DNA of 64,000 bases from Escherichia coli (GCF_046105845.1 NZ_CP151004.1), one strand, 5' to 3'; positions 19,739-35,316 are shown, numbered from the stretch's first letter. Translations and numbers: made by a program. The notes: generated by a model not told the origin, from the sequence alone.

Positions 19739-21886
19739 ATGAAAAAAGTCGTCACGGTTTGCCCCTATTGCGCATCAGGTTGCAAAATCAACCTGGTCGT
19801 CGATAACGGCAAAATCGTCCGGGCGGAGGCAGCGCAGGGGAAAACCAACCAGGGTACCCTGTGTCTGAAGGGTTATTATGGCTGGGACTTCATTAACGAT
19901 ACCCAGATCCTGACCCCGCGCCTGAAAACCCCCATGATCCGTCGCCAGCGTGGCGGCAAACTCGAACCTGTTTCCTGGGATGAGGCACTGAATTACGTTG
20001 CCGAGCGCCTGAGCGCCATCAAAGAGAAGTACGGTCCGGATGCCATCCAGACGACCGGCTCCTCGCGTGGTACGGGTAACGAAACCAACTATGTAATGCA
20101 AAAATTTGCGCGCGCCGTTATTGGTACCAATAACGTTGACTGCTGCGCTCGTGTCTGACACGGCCCATCGGTTGCAGGTCTGCACCAATCGGTCGGTAAT
20201 GGCGCAATGAGCAATGCTATTAACGAAATTGATAATACCGATTTAGTGTTCGTTTTCGGGTACAACCCGGCGGATTCCCACCCAATCGTGGCGAACCACG
20301 TAATTAACGCTAAACGTAACGGGGCGAAAATTATCGTCTGCGATCCGCGCAAAATTGAAACCGCGCGCATTGCTGACATGCACATTGCACTGAAAAACGG
20401 CTCGAACATCGCGCTGTTGAATGCGATGGGTCATGTCATTATTGAAGAAAACCTGTACGACAAAGCGTTCGTCGCTTCCCGTACAGAAGGCTTTGAAGAG
20501 TATCGTAAAATCGTTGAAGGCTACACGCCGGAGTCGGTTGAAGATATCACCGGCGTCAGCGCCAGTGAGATTCGTCAGGCGGCGCGGATGTATGCCCAGG
20601 CGAAAAGCGCCGCCATCCTGTGGGGCATGGGTGTAACCCAGTTCTACCAGGGCGTGGAAACCGTGCGTTCTCTGACCAGCCTCGCGATGCTGACTGGTAA
20701 CCTCGGTAAGCCGCATGCGGGTGTAAACCCGGTTCGTGGTCAGAACAACGTGCAGGGTGCCTGCGATATGGGCGCGCTGCCGGATACGTATCCGGGATAC
20801 CAGTACGTAAAAGATCCGGCTAACCGCGAGAAATTCGCCAAAGCCTGGGGCGTGGAAAGCCTGCCTGCTCATACCGGTTATCGCATCAGCGAGCTGCCGC
20901 ACCGCGCAGCGCATGGCGAAGTGCGTGCCGCGTACATTATGGGCGAAGATCCGCTGCAAACTGACGCGGAGCTGTCGGCAGTACGTAAAGCCTTTGAAGA
21001 TCTGGAACTGGTTATCGTTCAGGACATCTTTATGACCAAAACCGCGTCGGCGGCGGATGTTATTTTACCGTCAACGTCGTGGGGCGAGCATGAAGGCGTG
21101 TTTACTGCGGCTGACCGTGGCTTCCAGCGTTTCTTCAAAGCAGTTGAACCGAAATGGGATCTGAAAACGGACTGGCAAATCATCAGTGAAATCGCCACCC
21201 GTATGGGTTATCCGATGCACTACAACAACACCCAGGAGATCTGGGATGAGTTGCGTCATCTGTGCCCGGATTTCTACGGTGCGACTTACGAGAAAATGGG
21301 CGAACTGGGCTTCATTCAGTGGCCTTGCCGCGATACTTCAGATGCCGATCAGGGGACTTCTTATCTGTTTAAAGAGAAGTTTGATACCCCGAACGGTCTG
21401 GCGCAGTTCTTCACCTGCGACTGGGTAGCGCCAATCGACAAACTCACCGACGAATATCCGATGGTACTGTCAACGGTGCGTGAAGTTGGTCACTACTCTT
21501 GCCGTTCGATGACCGGTAACTGTGCGGCACTGGCGGCGCTGGCTGATGAACCTGGCTACGCACAAATCAATACCGAAGACGCCAAACGTCTGGGTATTGA
21601 AGATGAGGCATTGGTTTGGGTGCACTCGCGTAAAGGCAAAATTATCACCCGTGCGCAGGTCAGCGATCGCCCGAACAAAGGGGCGATTTACATGACCTAC
21701 CAGTGGTGGATTGGTGCCTGTAACGAGCTGGTTACCGAAAACTTAAGCCCGATTACGAAAACGCCGGAATACAAATACTGCGCCGTGCGCGTCGAGCCGA
21801 TCGCCGATCAGCGCGCCGCCGAGCAGTACGTGATTGACGAGTACAACAAGTTGAAAACTCGCCTGCGCGAAGCGGCACTGGCGTAA
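19739..21886 (+). CDS. fdhF: Formate dehydrogenase H (selenoprotein); in-frame UGA at 20156..20158 read as selenocysteine
   Basis: ORF track pieces 19739..20158 and 20207..21886 are in one frame separated by TGA; combined 715 aa; CxxCxxGC 4Fe-4S motif at N-terminus; ...CARV-U-HGPSVAG context. Confidence 0.95.
20156..20204 (+). promoter_or_regulatory. SECIS element (SelB-binding mRNA hairpin) directly 3' of the fdhF UGA
   Basis: UGA followed by cacggcccatcggttgcaggtctgcaccaatcggtcggtaatggcg, which can fold as a stem-loop. Confidence 0.85.
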
Positions 21887-21900
21887 TACAGTCCTTTCTA

Positions 21901-21928
21901 CAGCCTCCTTTCGGAGGCTGTTTTTTTA
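21901..21928 (+). terminator. Rho-independent terminator after fdhF
   Basis: cagcctcc-tttc-ggaggctg hairpin followed by TTTTTTT, 15 nt after the stop. Confidence 0.85.
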
Positions 21929-21979
21929 TCCATTCGAACTCTTTATACTGGTTACTCCCTACCCAATCGTATTATCAAA

Positions 21980-22669
21980 ATGAAAAAAATTATCGCATTG
22001 ATGTTGTTTTTAACATTCTTTGCCCACGCGAACGACTCCGAGCCTGGCAGCCAGTATTTAAAGGCAGCAGAGGCCGGGGACCGACGCGCACAATATTTTC
22101 TTGCCGACAGCTGGTTTAGCTCCGGCGATTTGAGCAAAGCCGAATATTGGGCACAGAAAGCCGCCGACAGCGGTGATGCTGATGCCTGCGCGCTGTTAGC
22201 GCAGATCAAAATCACCAATCCGGTCAGTCTGGACTATCCACAAGCAAAAGTTCTTGCAGAGAAAGCAGCGCAAGCGGGCAGTAAAGAAGGTGAAGTAACG
22301 CTGGCGCATATTCTGGTAAATACTCAAGCGGGTAAACCGGATTATCCAAAGGCGATTTCGCTGTTAGAAAACGCTTCGGAAGATCTGGAGAACGACTCTG
22401 CCGTCGATGCCCAAATGCTGCTTGGTTTGATTTACGCCAACGGCGTGGGCATTAAGGCCGACGATGACAAGGCAACCTGGTATTTCAAACGCAGCTCTGC
22501 GATTTCCCGAACCGGTTATTCCGAGTACTGGGCGGGAATGATGTTCTTAAACGGTGAAGAAGGTTTTATCGAGAAGAACAAGCAAAAGGCGCTGCACTGG
22601 TTGAATCTGAGCTGTATGGAAGGGTTTGATACCGGGTGTGAAGAGTTTGAAAAATTAACTAACGGTTAA
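21980..22669 (+). CDS. yjcO: YjcO, Sel1-repeat periplasmic protein
   Basis: ORF track 229 aa; signal peptide; Sel1/TPR-like repeats. Confidence 0.9.
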   Translation: MKKIIALMLFLTFFAHANDSEPGSQYLKAAEAGDRRAQYFLADSWFSSGDLSKAEYWAQKAADSGDADACALLAQIKITNPVSLDYPQAKVLAEKAAQAGSKEGEVTLAHILVNTQAGKPDYPKAISLLENASEDLENDSAVDAQMLLGLIYANGVGIKADDDKATWYFKRSSAISRTGYSEYWAGMMFLNGEEGFIEKNKQKALHWLNLSCMEGFDTGCEEFEKLTNG

Positions 22670-22670
22670 G

Positions 22671-22710
22671 GTAGGCCTGATAAGACGCGGCAAGCGTCGC
22701 ATCAGGCATC
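22671..22710. repeat. REP element between yjcO and gltP
   Basis: gcctgataagacgcggcaagcgtcgcatcaggc palindromic unit. Confidence 0.7.
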
Positions 22711-22747
22711 CACACATTGCCGGGTGGATATCCCCGGCAATCTTCAA

Positions 22748-24061
22748 TTATTGATCCGCAGTTTTATCAAATTTGCCCAGCACTTCGCGCTCATAAGCCA
22801 GCGCTTTCTTACGGTCAAATTTGTGTTCCCACTTGGCAATCACCAGCACCGCCAGCGCATTACCCACCACGTTCAGCGCAGTACGCGCCATGTCGAGGAT
22901 ACGGTCAACACCGGCAATAAACGCCAGACCTTCCAGCGGGATCCCTACGCTGCCCAGCGTTGCCAGCAACACCACAAACGACACGCCCGGCACGCCAGCA
23001 ATCCCTTTCGAGGTCACCATCAGCGTCAGCACCAGAATGATTTCCTGCCAGATGGACAGGTCAATGCCATACAACTGCGCGATGAAAATAGCGGCAATAC
23101 TTTGATACAGCGTCGAACCATCAAGGTTAAAAGAGTAACCGGTCGGCACCACGAAACTGGTGATCGACGCCGGTGCACCGTAGGCTTCCATCTTCTCAAT
23201 AATTCGCGGCAACACGCTTTCAGAGCTTGCAGTGGAGTACGCCAGAATCAGCTCATCTTTCAGAATACGAATCAGGATCCAGACGCTTAACCCGCACAGG
23301 CGCGCCACAATTCCCAGCACTACCAGCGCGAAGAACAGAATGGCGAAATGCACCAGCAGCACCAGTTTCGCCAGTGGCCACAGAGACGAGAAACCAAAGT
23401 TAGCCACCGTCACCGCAATCAGCGCAAACACACCCACCGGTGCATAACGCATCACCATGTGAGTCACTTTAAACATGGTTTCAGAGATGGAGCGGAACAC
23501 GGTCACCAGCGGTTCACGATGCGTCGCGGGCAGGGAGGAAAGCCCCAGACCAAACAGCACCGAGAAGAAGATGATCGGCAGCATTTCGCCTTTCGCCATC
23601 GACGCCACAATGTTCGTCGGCACCAGCGACAAAATCGTGCCCATAATGCCGTGGGAACTGCTTTGTACCGCTTCCGTAGTGCTCTGATATTTCGAGATAT
23701 CGACGGTCGCCAGCTGCGACATATCCACCCCGGCACCGGGCTGGAAGACGTTCGCCAGAGTGATCCCCAAAATGATGGCGACGGTGGTGATCACCTCGAA
23801 GTAAATAATGGTTTTCGCGCCAATACGCCCGAGCTGTTTGGCATCACCAACACCCGCGATACCCACCACCAGCGTGGAGATCACAATCGGCACAACAATC
23901 ATTTTGATCAGATGGATGAAGATATCACCCGCCGGAGAGAGCAAATTGACGACCAGCCAGTCGCGGCTGTCGCTATGGTAGTGCAGGTAGCTTCCCAGGA
24001 GAATGCCCAGCACCATAGCAAACAGAATCTGCCAGGCCAGGCTGAATTTTATATTTTTCAT
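22748..24061 (-). CDS. gltP: Glutamate/aspartate:proton symporter GltP
   Basis: ORF track 437 aa; DAACS-family membrane transporter. Confidence 0.95.
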   Translation of the reverse strand: MKNIKFSLAWQILFAMVLGILLGSYLHYHSDSRDWLVVNLLSPAGDIFIHLIKMIVVPIVISTLVVGIAGVGDAKQLGRIGAKTIIYFEVITTVAIILGITLANVFQPGAGVDMSQLATVDISKYQSTTEAVQSSSHGIMGTILSLVPTNIVASMAKGEMLPIIFFSVLFGLGLSSLPATHREPLVTVFRSISETMFKVTHMVMRYAPVGVFALIAVTVANFGFSSLWPLAKLVLLVHFAILFFALVVLGIVARLCGLSVWILIRILKDELILAYSTASSESVLPRIIEKMEAYGAPASITSFVVPTGYSFNLDGSTLYQSIAAIFIAQLYGIDLSIWQEIILVLTLMVTSKGIAGVPGVSFVVLLATLGSVGIPLEGLAFIAGVDRILDMARTALNVVGNALAVLVIAKWEHKFDRKKALAYEREVLGKFDKTADQ

Positions 24062-24402
24062 CAGAATAACTTCCTCAATGGAGCGCCGTTCCCCGTTCAG
24101 AAACGCGAGAACGTGACATACTGCCAGGGCATGAATTGTGTTGCGTTGGTTTGTAGATTTTTTTAACGCTTATGATCAGTATCATTTGCGCGGTATGTTG
24201 CGCAACCCTTTAACAACAGAGCTTTTCGCTGCATTAATGCATAATAACGCGAGTTTATGGCAGGATTAATGAATAACCATTTGTTATGGAAAGATTTTTA
24301 TTTGTTTAATTTGCAATAATACTGATTGGTGATTATTTTTGGCATATGTTCATTCGATTATTTTTTATGCAGCTCAATAACATAATCTTCATCACCAGAT
24401 GA

Positions 24403-24999
24403 TTAATCCGATCTCCGCTGCAACAGTTTCGCCATATTAATCGACTCGACCAGCTGTGTCCGGTTGATCCGGGGTGAGTTGAGATCCATCACTTTTTGCC
24501 ATAGTTCGATGGCTTGCGCATAATTCGCCTGCATAAACGCATCGGAAGCCAGCAGCATCAGAGCGGTGATTTCGTTAGAGTCCAGCGCGAGGGCTTTGTC
24601 GATCATTGCGCGAGTCTGGGCGGTCATATGCTGGCTGGCCTGGTAATAAAGCACCGTCGCCAGCGCCGCATACAGTTCAGCGTTCTCACCACGTAGTTGC
24701 AACGCCTGACGGTACGCCAGCAGCGAATTGCTGTAATCGTTTTGCCACAGATAATACTCGCCCAGTAACGCCCATTGTTCGCTGTTTTGTGGATTAGCGC
24801 GGATTTTATCCTGCAATGCCTGAAGCTGCGCTTCCGGGGTTTGCTGGCTGGCAAACTGATGTAGCGGATCGCGCTGACGCTGATACTCCGCACGTACCGC
24901 CTGCCATTTTGGACTTAACAGATAACTGCCGACACAGAGAAATACCATCAAAATCGTGAGTGTTGTCAGCATTTTCACCGGTATTTGAGGCTGTTTCAT
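24403..24999 (-). CDS. nrfG: NrfG, TPR protein for haem attachment to NrfA
   Basis: ORF track 24403..25065; ATG 24999 ([11 protein letters not shown]...) gives 198 aa, overlapping nrfF stop. Confidence 0.85.
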   Translation of the reverse strand: MKQPQIPVKMLTTLTILMVFLCVGSYLLSPKWQAVRAEYQRQRDPLHQFASQQTPEAQLQALQDKIRANPQNSEQWALLGEYYLWQNDYSNSLLAYRQALQLRGENAELYAALATVLYYQASQHMTAQTRAMIDKALALDSNEITALMLLASDAFMQANYAQAIELWQKVMDLNSPRINRTQLVESINMAKLLQRRSD

Positions 25000-25379
25000 C
25001 GCTTCGCCCTCACTCGCCAGAGGATCAGTATCATCAGCAGTAACAACACCACTGGCAGCGCCCACAACACCAGAGTCTGACCGGTTAACGGTGGGTTATA
25101 GCGAACAAAATCTCCGTAGCGTTCGGTCATCCAGCCAATTATTTCGACTTCACTTTTCCCCTCCGCCACCATGCTGTAAACCTGATGGCGCATACTGACT
25201 GCCACCGGCGCATTGGATTCCAGTAAGTTCTGATTCTGGCACTGCGGGCAGCGTAACTGGCTGGCAATATTTAACGCCTGTTCCTGTTGTTGCGGATTGG
25301 CGAATTGCCAGGTGTCTACAACCTGAGCGCGCGCAAAACAGGTAAATAACAGCAGTAGCATGAGAAGCCCTTTATTCAT
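24996..25379 (-). CDS. nrfF: NrfF, cytochrome c haem lyase subunit
   Basis: ORF track 127 aa; CPQC thiol-redox motif. Confidence 0.9.
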   Translation of the reverse strand: MNKGLLMLLLLFTCFARAQVVDTWQFANPQQQEQALNIASQLRCPQCQNQNLLESNAPVAVSMRHQVYSMVAEGKSEVEIIGWMTERYGDFVRYNPPLTGQTLVLWALPVVLLLLMILILWRVRAKR

Positions 25380-27030
25380 CGCGCTTCCTCCCCCGCCATC
25401 CGCTTAACAATGCGCCCGCAATCATCAACAATCCTCCCCCCCAGATCCAGCGCACACCGCATTGTACATACAAACGAAAAGCGTAACGATCCGGCCCAGT
25501 TTTCTCCCCCATGACCGCATACCAGTCATGGATGCCGTTCCAGCGAATTGACGGTTCCATCATTTGCTGACGGCGTGCTTCGTAAAAACGCCGCTCCGGC
25601 GTCAGTTCACCAATACGTTGCTGATGGTCAAACAGTGCCACTATCGCTTTTTCGCTGGTGTAATTGCCTCTGGCTTGCAGATCGAGGCGCTCAAAACGGA
25701 AGGTGTATCCTGCCAGCGTCACCTGCTGACCCGGCTGTAAATTCAGGCTGATCTCCTGACGGCTGACGCTGGAGACCACGATCCCCGCGGCAAATAACAG
25801 CACGCCCGCATGCGCCAGCAGCGCCGGAAGCTGCACGCGTTTGCCAGAGACAAACGTCGCCAGCACAATCACCACCAGCATCAACAGACCAAACGGTAAC
25901 GTCGCGCGGTTAAAATACGGCGCGCCAACGGAGAGGCGTCCCCAGCCCAGCAGGCCGTAAATCATCGGATAAAGCGTTCCCACCAGCACGATCAGTAGCA
26001 CTGCGCAAAACAGCAACAGCGTAGCGAGGATTAACATTTCCCGCGATAACCCCGAAAAACGCACCGCCGGGCCACCGTCCCGCGCTCGCCAGCCATACAG
26101 AGCCAGAGACGCAAGGCTAATCAGTGCAAACAGGCTGAACAACGGCACGGCGCGGACGTTATCCAGCGCGAACGCATGAACCGAAACCAGAATGCCAGAA
26201 CGGACAATTAAGGTACCCAGCAGCGACAGCATCAGAGTGACTATCGCCAGTAACAGCGACCAGTGGCGGAAAATCCCCCGCTGGCGTGTCAGGGACAAAC
26301 TGTGCAGCAGTGCAGTGGCAGAAAGCCAGGGTAATAAAGAGGCGTTTTCCACCGGGTCCCAGAACCACCAGCCGCCCCAGCCCAGTTCGCAATAGGCCCA
26401 CCAGGAACCGAGGATGATCCCCGCCGTTAATGCCCCCCAGCCTGGTAGTGCCCAGCGCCAGCAAATTCGGGCGCAGGCACCATCAAACTCGCTGCGCAGT
26501 AAACTCGCCAGCGCCACGCTCGCCGCCACCATCAAACCGCCATAGCCGAGATAAAGCAGCGGCGGATGGAAGATAAGACCGGGATGTTGCAGCATCGGAT
26601 TGAGATCGCGGCCTTCGATTGCTGGTGGAAATATCCGCACGAAGGGATCGGACCACAGCACCACAAACAGTAGCAGTGCGGCAAGCATGAGAGATAAAAC
26701 GGCTAGCGTCAGCGGAAATAGCGGATCGGTTTGCTGCCGATAATGCCAGGCAAACAGCGCGCTCCAGGCGGAAAGCAGCAGCACCCAAAGCAACAGCGAA
26801 CCTTCATGACCACCCCATACCGCCGCCAGTTTGAGTTCCCACGACAGCAGGCTGTAGCTATGTTGGGCGACATAAATGACCGAGAAATCGCTGATGAGAA
26901 AACAATACGTCAGTACGCCAAAGGCGAGCAGCAGGAGCGCGAACTGCGCCAGAATGCCGATGCAAGTGAGTCGCATCATGGCAGGCCAGCGCAACCGCAC
27001 TCCCGCGAAGGCCGTCAACGGGGTCAACAC
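25372..27030 (-). CDS. nrfE: NrfE, CcmF-like haem lyase
   Basis: ORF track 25372..27054 begins with TTG; GTG at 27030 gives 552 aa as I remember for NrfE; start uncertain. Confidence 0.8.
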   Translation of the reverse strand: MLTPLTAFAGVRLRWPAMMRLTCIGILAQFALLLLAFGVLTYCFLISDFSVIYVAQHSYSLLSWELKLAAVWGGHEGSLLLWVLLLSAWSALFAWHYRQQTDPLFPLTLAVLSLMLAALLLFVVLWSDPFVRIFPPAIEGRDLNPMLQHPGLIFHPPLLYLGYGGLMVAASVALASLLRSEFDGACARICWRWALPGWGALTAGIILGSWWAYCELGWGGWWFWDPVENASLLPWLSATALLHSLSLTRQRGIFRHWSLLLAIVTLMLSLLGTLIVRSGILVSVHAFALDNVRAVPLFSLFALISLASLALYGWRARDGGPAVRFSGLSREMLILATLLLFCAVLLIVLVGTLYPMIYGLLGWGRLSVGAPYFNRATLPFGLLMLVVIVLATFVSGKRVQLPALLAHAGVLLFAAGIVVSSVSRQEISLNLQPGQQVTLAGYTFRFERLDLQARGNYTSEKAIVALFDHQQRIGELTPERRFYEARRQQMMEPSIRWNGIHDWYAVMGEKTGPDRYAFRLYVQCGVRWIWGGGLLMIAGALLSGWRGRKRDE

Positions 27031-27109
27031 GTTGACCCCGAGACTTAACAACAACGCCAGAAAACCGACTTCAGGAAGGAATACGTCCAGAAACCACCTC
27101 TGTTCTGGC

Positions 27110-28066
27110 TTACGCCACCGTTAACTGCCCGGCGTAGAGAATGAAAAAACGCAGCATCAACACGCCGACCAGGCTGGCCCCACACGCCGCCAGCACAGCA
27201 GGAATGCCGGAACTGCGATTGACCCACGGTTTGAGCAACATTGGCACAATCAGCCCCAGCCCGGCGACACCAAGCCAGAACCACCACGTCCAGAAACCGC
27301 CGCCCAATGCCGCCACCAGCGCACGCACTTTACCGTCATCGCCCAGGGCCAGTCCGACAAAAAACGCCACCAGCAGGAAGATTTCGCCCCATACCACAGG
27401 GATCTCCATACGGTGTACAAAGTGCGCTTCCGTGGAATGCGGGTTACTGCGTTGGCGTATCGCCATGGCGATCAGCGCCACCGCCGCACCGGACGAGATG
27501 CCGGAGAAGAGGAACAACACCGGCAGGATCGGGTTATTGAGGAACGGATACGATTTCAGCGCCGATAGCAGAAAGCCGGTATAAGCCCCCAGCAGCACCG
27601 CCAGCACCAGCATCAATGTTTCCAGTCCGCGATGAACGGGCGTCAGCAGGCTCAGAACCTTTTGCACGCTCCCCAGCTTCGGCAACCAGCGTTGTTGCAG
27701 GGCAAGCAAATCATGTTCAAAGATTTTCGCCAGCCATAGCAACAGCACCACCATGTAGAGCTGAAACAGCATCACCCCCATCGACATCACCGAGGTAAAA
27801 CTGTAGTGGAACATCAGCTTCCAGAAGGTCCACGGTCTTGTCAGGTGGAAGACGAGGATCAACAGACCGAGGATCACCGCGCCCGGCCCGACAATCAGCG
27901 TGGTGCGCAGCAACGTGCTGTCTGCACCGCCCGCCTGCGGGTAGAAGCGACGTAACAGCACGGCCAGTGTCACCAGACCGGCAGAAATACCAATCAAAAA
28001 CAGGTAGATGGCAATCGGCCAGTCCCACACCAGCGATTCAAAATGAAATGCGGAAGTCTGCGTCAT
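27110..28066 (-). CDS. nrfD: NrfD, membrane quinol dehydrogenase subunit
   Basis: ORF track 318 aa; polytopic membrane protein. Confidence 0.95.
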   Translation of the reverse strand: MTQTSAFHFESLVWDWPIAIYLFLIGISAGLVTLAVLLRRFYPQAGGADSTLLRTTLIVGPGAVILGLLILVFHLTRPWTFWKLMFHYSFTSVMSMGVMLFQLYMVVLLLWLAKIFEHDLLALQQRWLPKLGSVQKVLSLLTPVHRGLETLMLVLAVLLGAYTGFLLSALKSYPFLNNPILPVLFLFSGISSGAAVALIAMAIRQRSNPHSTEAHFVHRMEIPVVWGEIFLLVAFFVGLALGDDGKVRALVAALGGGFWTWWFWLGVAGLGLIVPMLLKPWVNRSSGIPAVLAACGASLVGVLMLRFFILYAGQLTVA

Positions 28067-28734
28067 TGGCTCACCTCCCCGTATTTAAACGGTACGCGGT
28101 ACAGCTTCGGTTTGGTTCCCAGCGCCAGCTTGTAGCGGTAAGTGGGCTTCTGGCGCAGCAGTTGCGAAATCTCACTGTTGGGATCGTCCAGATTGCCAAA
28201 CGTCAGCGCCTTCGTCGGGCAAGCCTCAACGCACGCGGGCAGCTTACCGGCCTGCAAATTGGTCTTACGGCAGAAATCGCATTTGTCCGCTGTCTTCGTG
28301 ACCGGATGGATAAAGCGCACGCGGTACGGACAGGCGGCGATGCAGTACTGACAACCGACGCAGAGATCCGGATTTACATCGACAATCCCACTGGCAGCAT
28401 CGCGAAAAGACGCACCGGTCGGGCAGACGTCAACGCACGGCGCATGATCGCAGTGCTGGCAAGACTTACGGAAGAAGCGATATTTCACATCAGGAAATTC
28501 GCCCTGCGGCTCGCTACGAATAATCGTCAGGCGCGAGACACCTTCCGGCACCTTGTTCACTTCCCGACAAGCATCCATACAGGCGGTACAGCCGATACAT
28601 AACGACTCGTCATGCACCATGCCGTAACGCACCCCATTGATATTCAACGTTTTCGCCACCACGCGCCCTGCGGTGCCGCTGACGGCTGCCAGCACGCCGA
28701 CGCCGGTGAGAAACTGGCGACGTGACCAGGTCAT
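28063..28734 (-). CDS. nrfC: NrfC, 4Fe-4S ferredoxin-type subunit
   Basis: ORF track 223 aa; several CxxCxxCxxxCP motifs; Tat-like signal RRQFLTG. Confidence 0.95.
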   Translation of the reverse strand: MTWSRRQFLTGVGVLAAVSGTAGRVVAKTLNINGVRYGMVHDESLCIGCTACMDACREVNKVPEGVSRLTIIRSEPQGEFPDVKYRFFRKSCQHCDHAPCVDVCPTGASFRDAASGIVDVNPDLCVGCQYCIAACPYRVRFIHPVTKTADKCDFCRKTNLQAGKLPACVEACPTKALTFGNLDDPNSEISQLLRQKPTYRYKLALGTKPKLYRVPFKYGEVSQ

Positions 28735-29297
28735 GGCTGCTCCTTAAGCAACGGAACAGACGCCGGGTTAAAGTTCGGATTGGTACGCTGATCGCTGTGG
28801 CAATCGACGCAAATCTTAATCCGTCCTTTGTCACTTAACGTCTGCATCGTATCTTGCTGTGGATGCAGGGAATGGCAGCTGGCGCACGCCACTTTGGTTA
28901 CGTGGACATCGTGTGGCCAGAACGCTTTTTGCAACTGTTCCGGCAAATGGCAGGACATACAGACGCTGTTCTGCTCTCCAACCTTGTACATCGGCTCGTT
29001 AAAGCGCATCACATCTTTCACCCCTTCGCGGTGTTGCGGTGATGGCTGGCCGTGACAGTTGGTGCAGGTGACCGGCAGTTTGTTATTCGGGTTGATAACG
29101 GAAGCATGTTTGCCATGCATACCTTCGGTATCTGGCTTATGACAGTCCAGACAGGCGGCATCCGGGTTACGCTGCTGGGTAACTTCGTAGCGATCACCAG
29201 ATGCCTGCGCCGCAGGGGTAGCGGTAATTCCGTTCAGGCTCCACAACAGGCCCGACGCCAGCACCCCGGCAGTTAATAACGAACGTAATACGCTCAT
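28731..29297 (-). CDS. nrfB: NrfB, pentahaem cytochrome c
   Basis: ORF track 28731..29303 begins with GTG; ATG 29297 gives 188 aa; multiple CxxCH motifs. Confidence 0.9.
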   Translation of the reverse strand: MSVLRSLLTAGVLASGLLWSLNGITATPAAQASGDRYEVTQQRNPDAACLDCHKPDTEGMHGKHASVINPNNKLPVTCTNCHGQPSPQHREGVKDVMRFNEPMYKVGEQNSVCMSCHLPEQLQKAFWPHDVHVTKVACASCHSLHPQQDTMQTLSDKGRIKICVDCHSDQRTNPNFNPASVPLLKEQP

Positions 29298-29341
29298 ATT
29301 CACTCCATTGTGTTTTCCGCCCCTTGCGAGGCGGAACGGGG

Positions 29342-30820
<1,479 letters not shown>

Positions 30821-30905
30821 TTATTGTTTTTCACGACAGTAACCGCACCTACACTGTCATGACATTGCTCGCCCCTATGTGTAACAAATAACCACACTGT
30901 GAATG

Positions 30906-30919
30906 TTGTCTTTAATCAA
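30906..30919 (-). promoter_or_regulatory. Putative FNR site of the nrfA promoter
   Basis: Minus-strand TTGAT-TAAA-GACAA resembles TTGAT-N4-ATCAA, about 130 nt upstream of nrfA ATG. Confidence 0.45.
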
Positions 30920-31170
30920 TTGTAAGTGCATGTAAAATACCACTTTAGAGTTAGTCAGTATCTTCCTCTTTTTCAACAGCATGCATAACTGCATGTTCCT
31001 CAAAGAATTAATCAACTTTTGTTGCTGACCTTCAAAAATTACCCTGCCGTTTATTTGCACAATTCTACTTTTGCGTGATCTGTCGCCCAAATACTAAACA
31101 AAACTGCCAATACCCCTACATTTAACGCTTATGCCACATATTATTAACATCCTACAAGGAGAACAAAAGC

Positions 31171-33129
31171 ATGAGTCAAATTCACAAACACACCATTCCT
31201 GCCAACATCGCAGACCGTTGCCTGATAAACCCTCAGCAGTACGAGGCGATGTATCAACAATCTATTAACGCACCAGATACCTTCTGGGGCGAACAGGGAA
31301 AAATTCTCGACTGGATCAAACCTTACCAGAAGGTGAAAAACACCTCCTTTGCCCCCGGTAATGTGTCCATTAAATGGTACGAGGACGGCACGCTGAATCT
31401 GGCGGCAAACTGCCTTGACCGCCATCTGCAAGAAAACGGCGATCGTACCGCCATCATCTGGGAAGGCGACGACGCCAGCCAGAGCAAACATATCAGCTAT
31501 AAAGAGCTGCACCGCGACGTCTGCCGCTTCGCCAATACCCTGCTTGGGCTGGGCATTAAAAAAGGTGACGTGGTGGCGATTTATATGCCGATGGTACCGG
31601 AAGCTGCGGTTGCGATGCTGGCCTGCGCCCGTATTGGCGCAGTGCATTCGGTAATTTTCGGCGGCTTCTCGCCGGAAGCCGTTGCCGGACGCATTATCGA
31701 TTCTAACTCACGACTGGTGATCACTTCCGACGAAGGTGTGCGTGCCGGGCGTAGTATTCCGCTGAAGAAAAACGTTGATGACGCGCTGAAAAACCCGAAC
31801 GTCACCAGCATTGAACATGTGGTGGTACTGAAGCGTACTGGCGGGAAAATTGACTGGCAGGAAGGGCGCGATCTGTGGTGGCACGACCTGATTGAGCAAG
31901 CCAGCGATCAGCACCAGGCGGAAGAGATGAACGCCGAAGATCCGCTGTTTATTCTCTATACCTCCGGTTCTACCGGTAAGCCGAAAGGTGTGCTGCACAC
32001 TACCGGCGGTTATCTGGTGTATGCGGCGCTGACCTTTAAATATATCTTTGATTATCATCCGGGCGATATCTACTGGTGCACCGCTGATGTGGGTTGGGTT
32101 ACCGGACACAGTTATTTGCTGTACGGCCCGTTGGCCTGCGGCGCGACCACGCTGATGTTTGAAGGCGTACCGAACTGGCCGACGCCTGCCCGTATGGCGC
32201 AGGTGGTGGACAAGCATCAGGTCAATATTCTCTATACCGCGCCCACGGCGATTCGCGCGCTGATGGCGGAAGGCGATAAAGCGATTGAAGGCACCGACCG
32301 TTCGTCACTGCGCATTCTCGGTTCCGTGGGCGAGCCAATTAACCCGGAAGCGTGGGAGTGGTACTGGAAAAAAATCGGTAATGAGAAATGCCCGGTGGTC
32401 GACACCTGGTGGCAGACCGAAACTGGCGGTTTCATGATCACGCCGCTGCCTGGCGCTACCGAGCTAAAAGCCGGTTCGGCAACACGTCCGTTCTTCGGCG
32501 TGCAACCGGCGCTGGTCGATAACGAAGGTAACCCGCTGGAAGGCGCTACCGAAGGCAGTCTGGTGATCACCGACTCCTGGCCGGGTCAGGCGCGTACGCT
32601 GTTTGGCGATCACGAACGTTTTGAGCAGACCTACTTCTCCACCTTCAAAAATATGTATTTCAGCGGCGACGGCGCGCGTCGCGATGAAGATGGCTATTAC
32701 TGGATCACCGGGCGCGTGGACGACGTGCTGAACGTCTCGGGTCACCGTCTGGGAACGGCGGAGATTGAGTCGGCGCTGGTGGCGCATCCGAAAATCGCCG
32801 AAGCCGCTGTCGTCGGTATTCCGCACAATATTAAAGGTCAGGCGATCTACGCCTACGTCACGCTTAATCATGGGGAGGAACCGTCACCAGAACTGTACGC
32901 AGAAGTCCGCAACTGGGTGCGTAAAGAGATTGGCCCGCTGGCGACGCCAGACGTGCTGCACTGGACCGACTCCCTGCCTAAAACCCGCTCCGGCAAAATT
33001 ATGCGCCGTATTCTGCGCAAAATTGCGGCGGGCGATACCAGCAACCTGGGCGATACCTCGACGCTTGCCGATCCTGGCGTAGTCGAGAAGCTGCTTGAAG
33101 AGAAGCAGGCTATCGCGATGCCATCGTAA
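31171..33129 (+). CDS. acs: Acetyl-CoA synthetase
   Basis: ORF track 652 aa; AMP-binding motif [11 protein letters not shown]. Confidence 0.95.
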   Translation: MSQIHKHTIPANIADRCLINPQQYEAMYQQSINAPDTFWGEQGKILDWIKPYQKVKNTSFAPGNVSIKWYEDGTLNLAANCLDRHLQENGDRTAIIWEGDDASQSKHISYKELHRDVCRFANTLLGLGIKKGDVVAIYMPMVPEAAVAMLACARIGAVHSVIFGGFSPEAVAGRIIDSNSRLVITSDEGVRAGRSIPLKKNVDDALKNPNVTSIEHVVVLKRTGGKIDWQEGRDLWWHDLIEQASDQHQAEEMNAEDPLFILYTSGSTGKPKGVLHTTGGYLVYAALTFKYIFDYHPGDIYWCTADVGWVTGHSYLLYGPLACGATTLMFEGVPNWPTPARMAQVVDKHQVNILYTAPTAIRALMAEGDKAIEGTDRSSLRILGSVGEPINPEAWEWYWKKIGNEKCPVVDTWWQTETGGFMITPLPGATELKAGSATRPFFGVQPALVDNEGNPLEGATEGSLVITDSWPGQARTLFGDHERFEQTYFSTFKNMYFSGDGARRDEDGYYWITGRVDDVLNVSGHRLGTAEIESALVAHPKIAEAAVVGIPHNIKGQAIYAYVTLNHGEEPSPELYAEVRNWVRKEIGPLATPDVLHWTDSLPKTRSGKIMRRILRKIAAGDTSNLGDTSTLADPGVVEKLLEEKQAIAMPS

Positions 33130-33138
33130 CCCACAATT

Positions 33139-33173
33139 GCCGGATGCGGCGGATAACGCCTTATCCGGTCTAC
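33139..33173. repeat. REP element between acs and yjcH
   Basis: gccggatgcggcggataacgccttatccggtctac palindromic unit. Confidence 0.7.
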
Positions 33174-33355
33174 ACGCCCCTTTCTTTATAGTGGGAAAGG
33201 GCAAATATAAAAATTCCCCTAAGTATTTCGCGTTGCAGGAAGGAAGCAAGCGAGCATCTCCCCAGGAGCATAGAAAACTATGTGACTGGGGGAGGCGAGT
33301 GCGGCTGACGAACCTGCGGCGTGAAAGACGACGGGGAACCTCTGGAGAATCTGTG

Positions 33356-35316
<1,961 letters not shown>

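Noticed and set aside
19739-21886. fdhF appearing as two ORFs (19739..20158 and 20207..21886) that might be called a pseudogene
   Set aside because: Both pieces are in one frame and the intervening TGA is the known selenocysteine codon followed by a SECIS hairpin; it is a single selenoprotein gene.
22724-24166. Plus-strand ORFs (188, 94, 272 aa) rich in His/Arg/Gln opposite gltP
   Set aside because: Low-complexity translations of the antisense strand of the gltP membrane transporter; no RBS or homology support.
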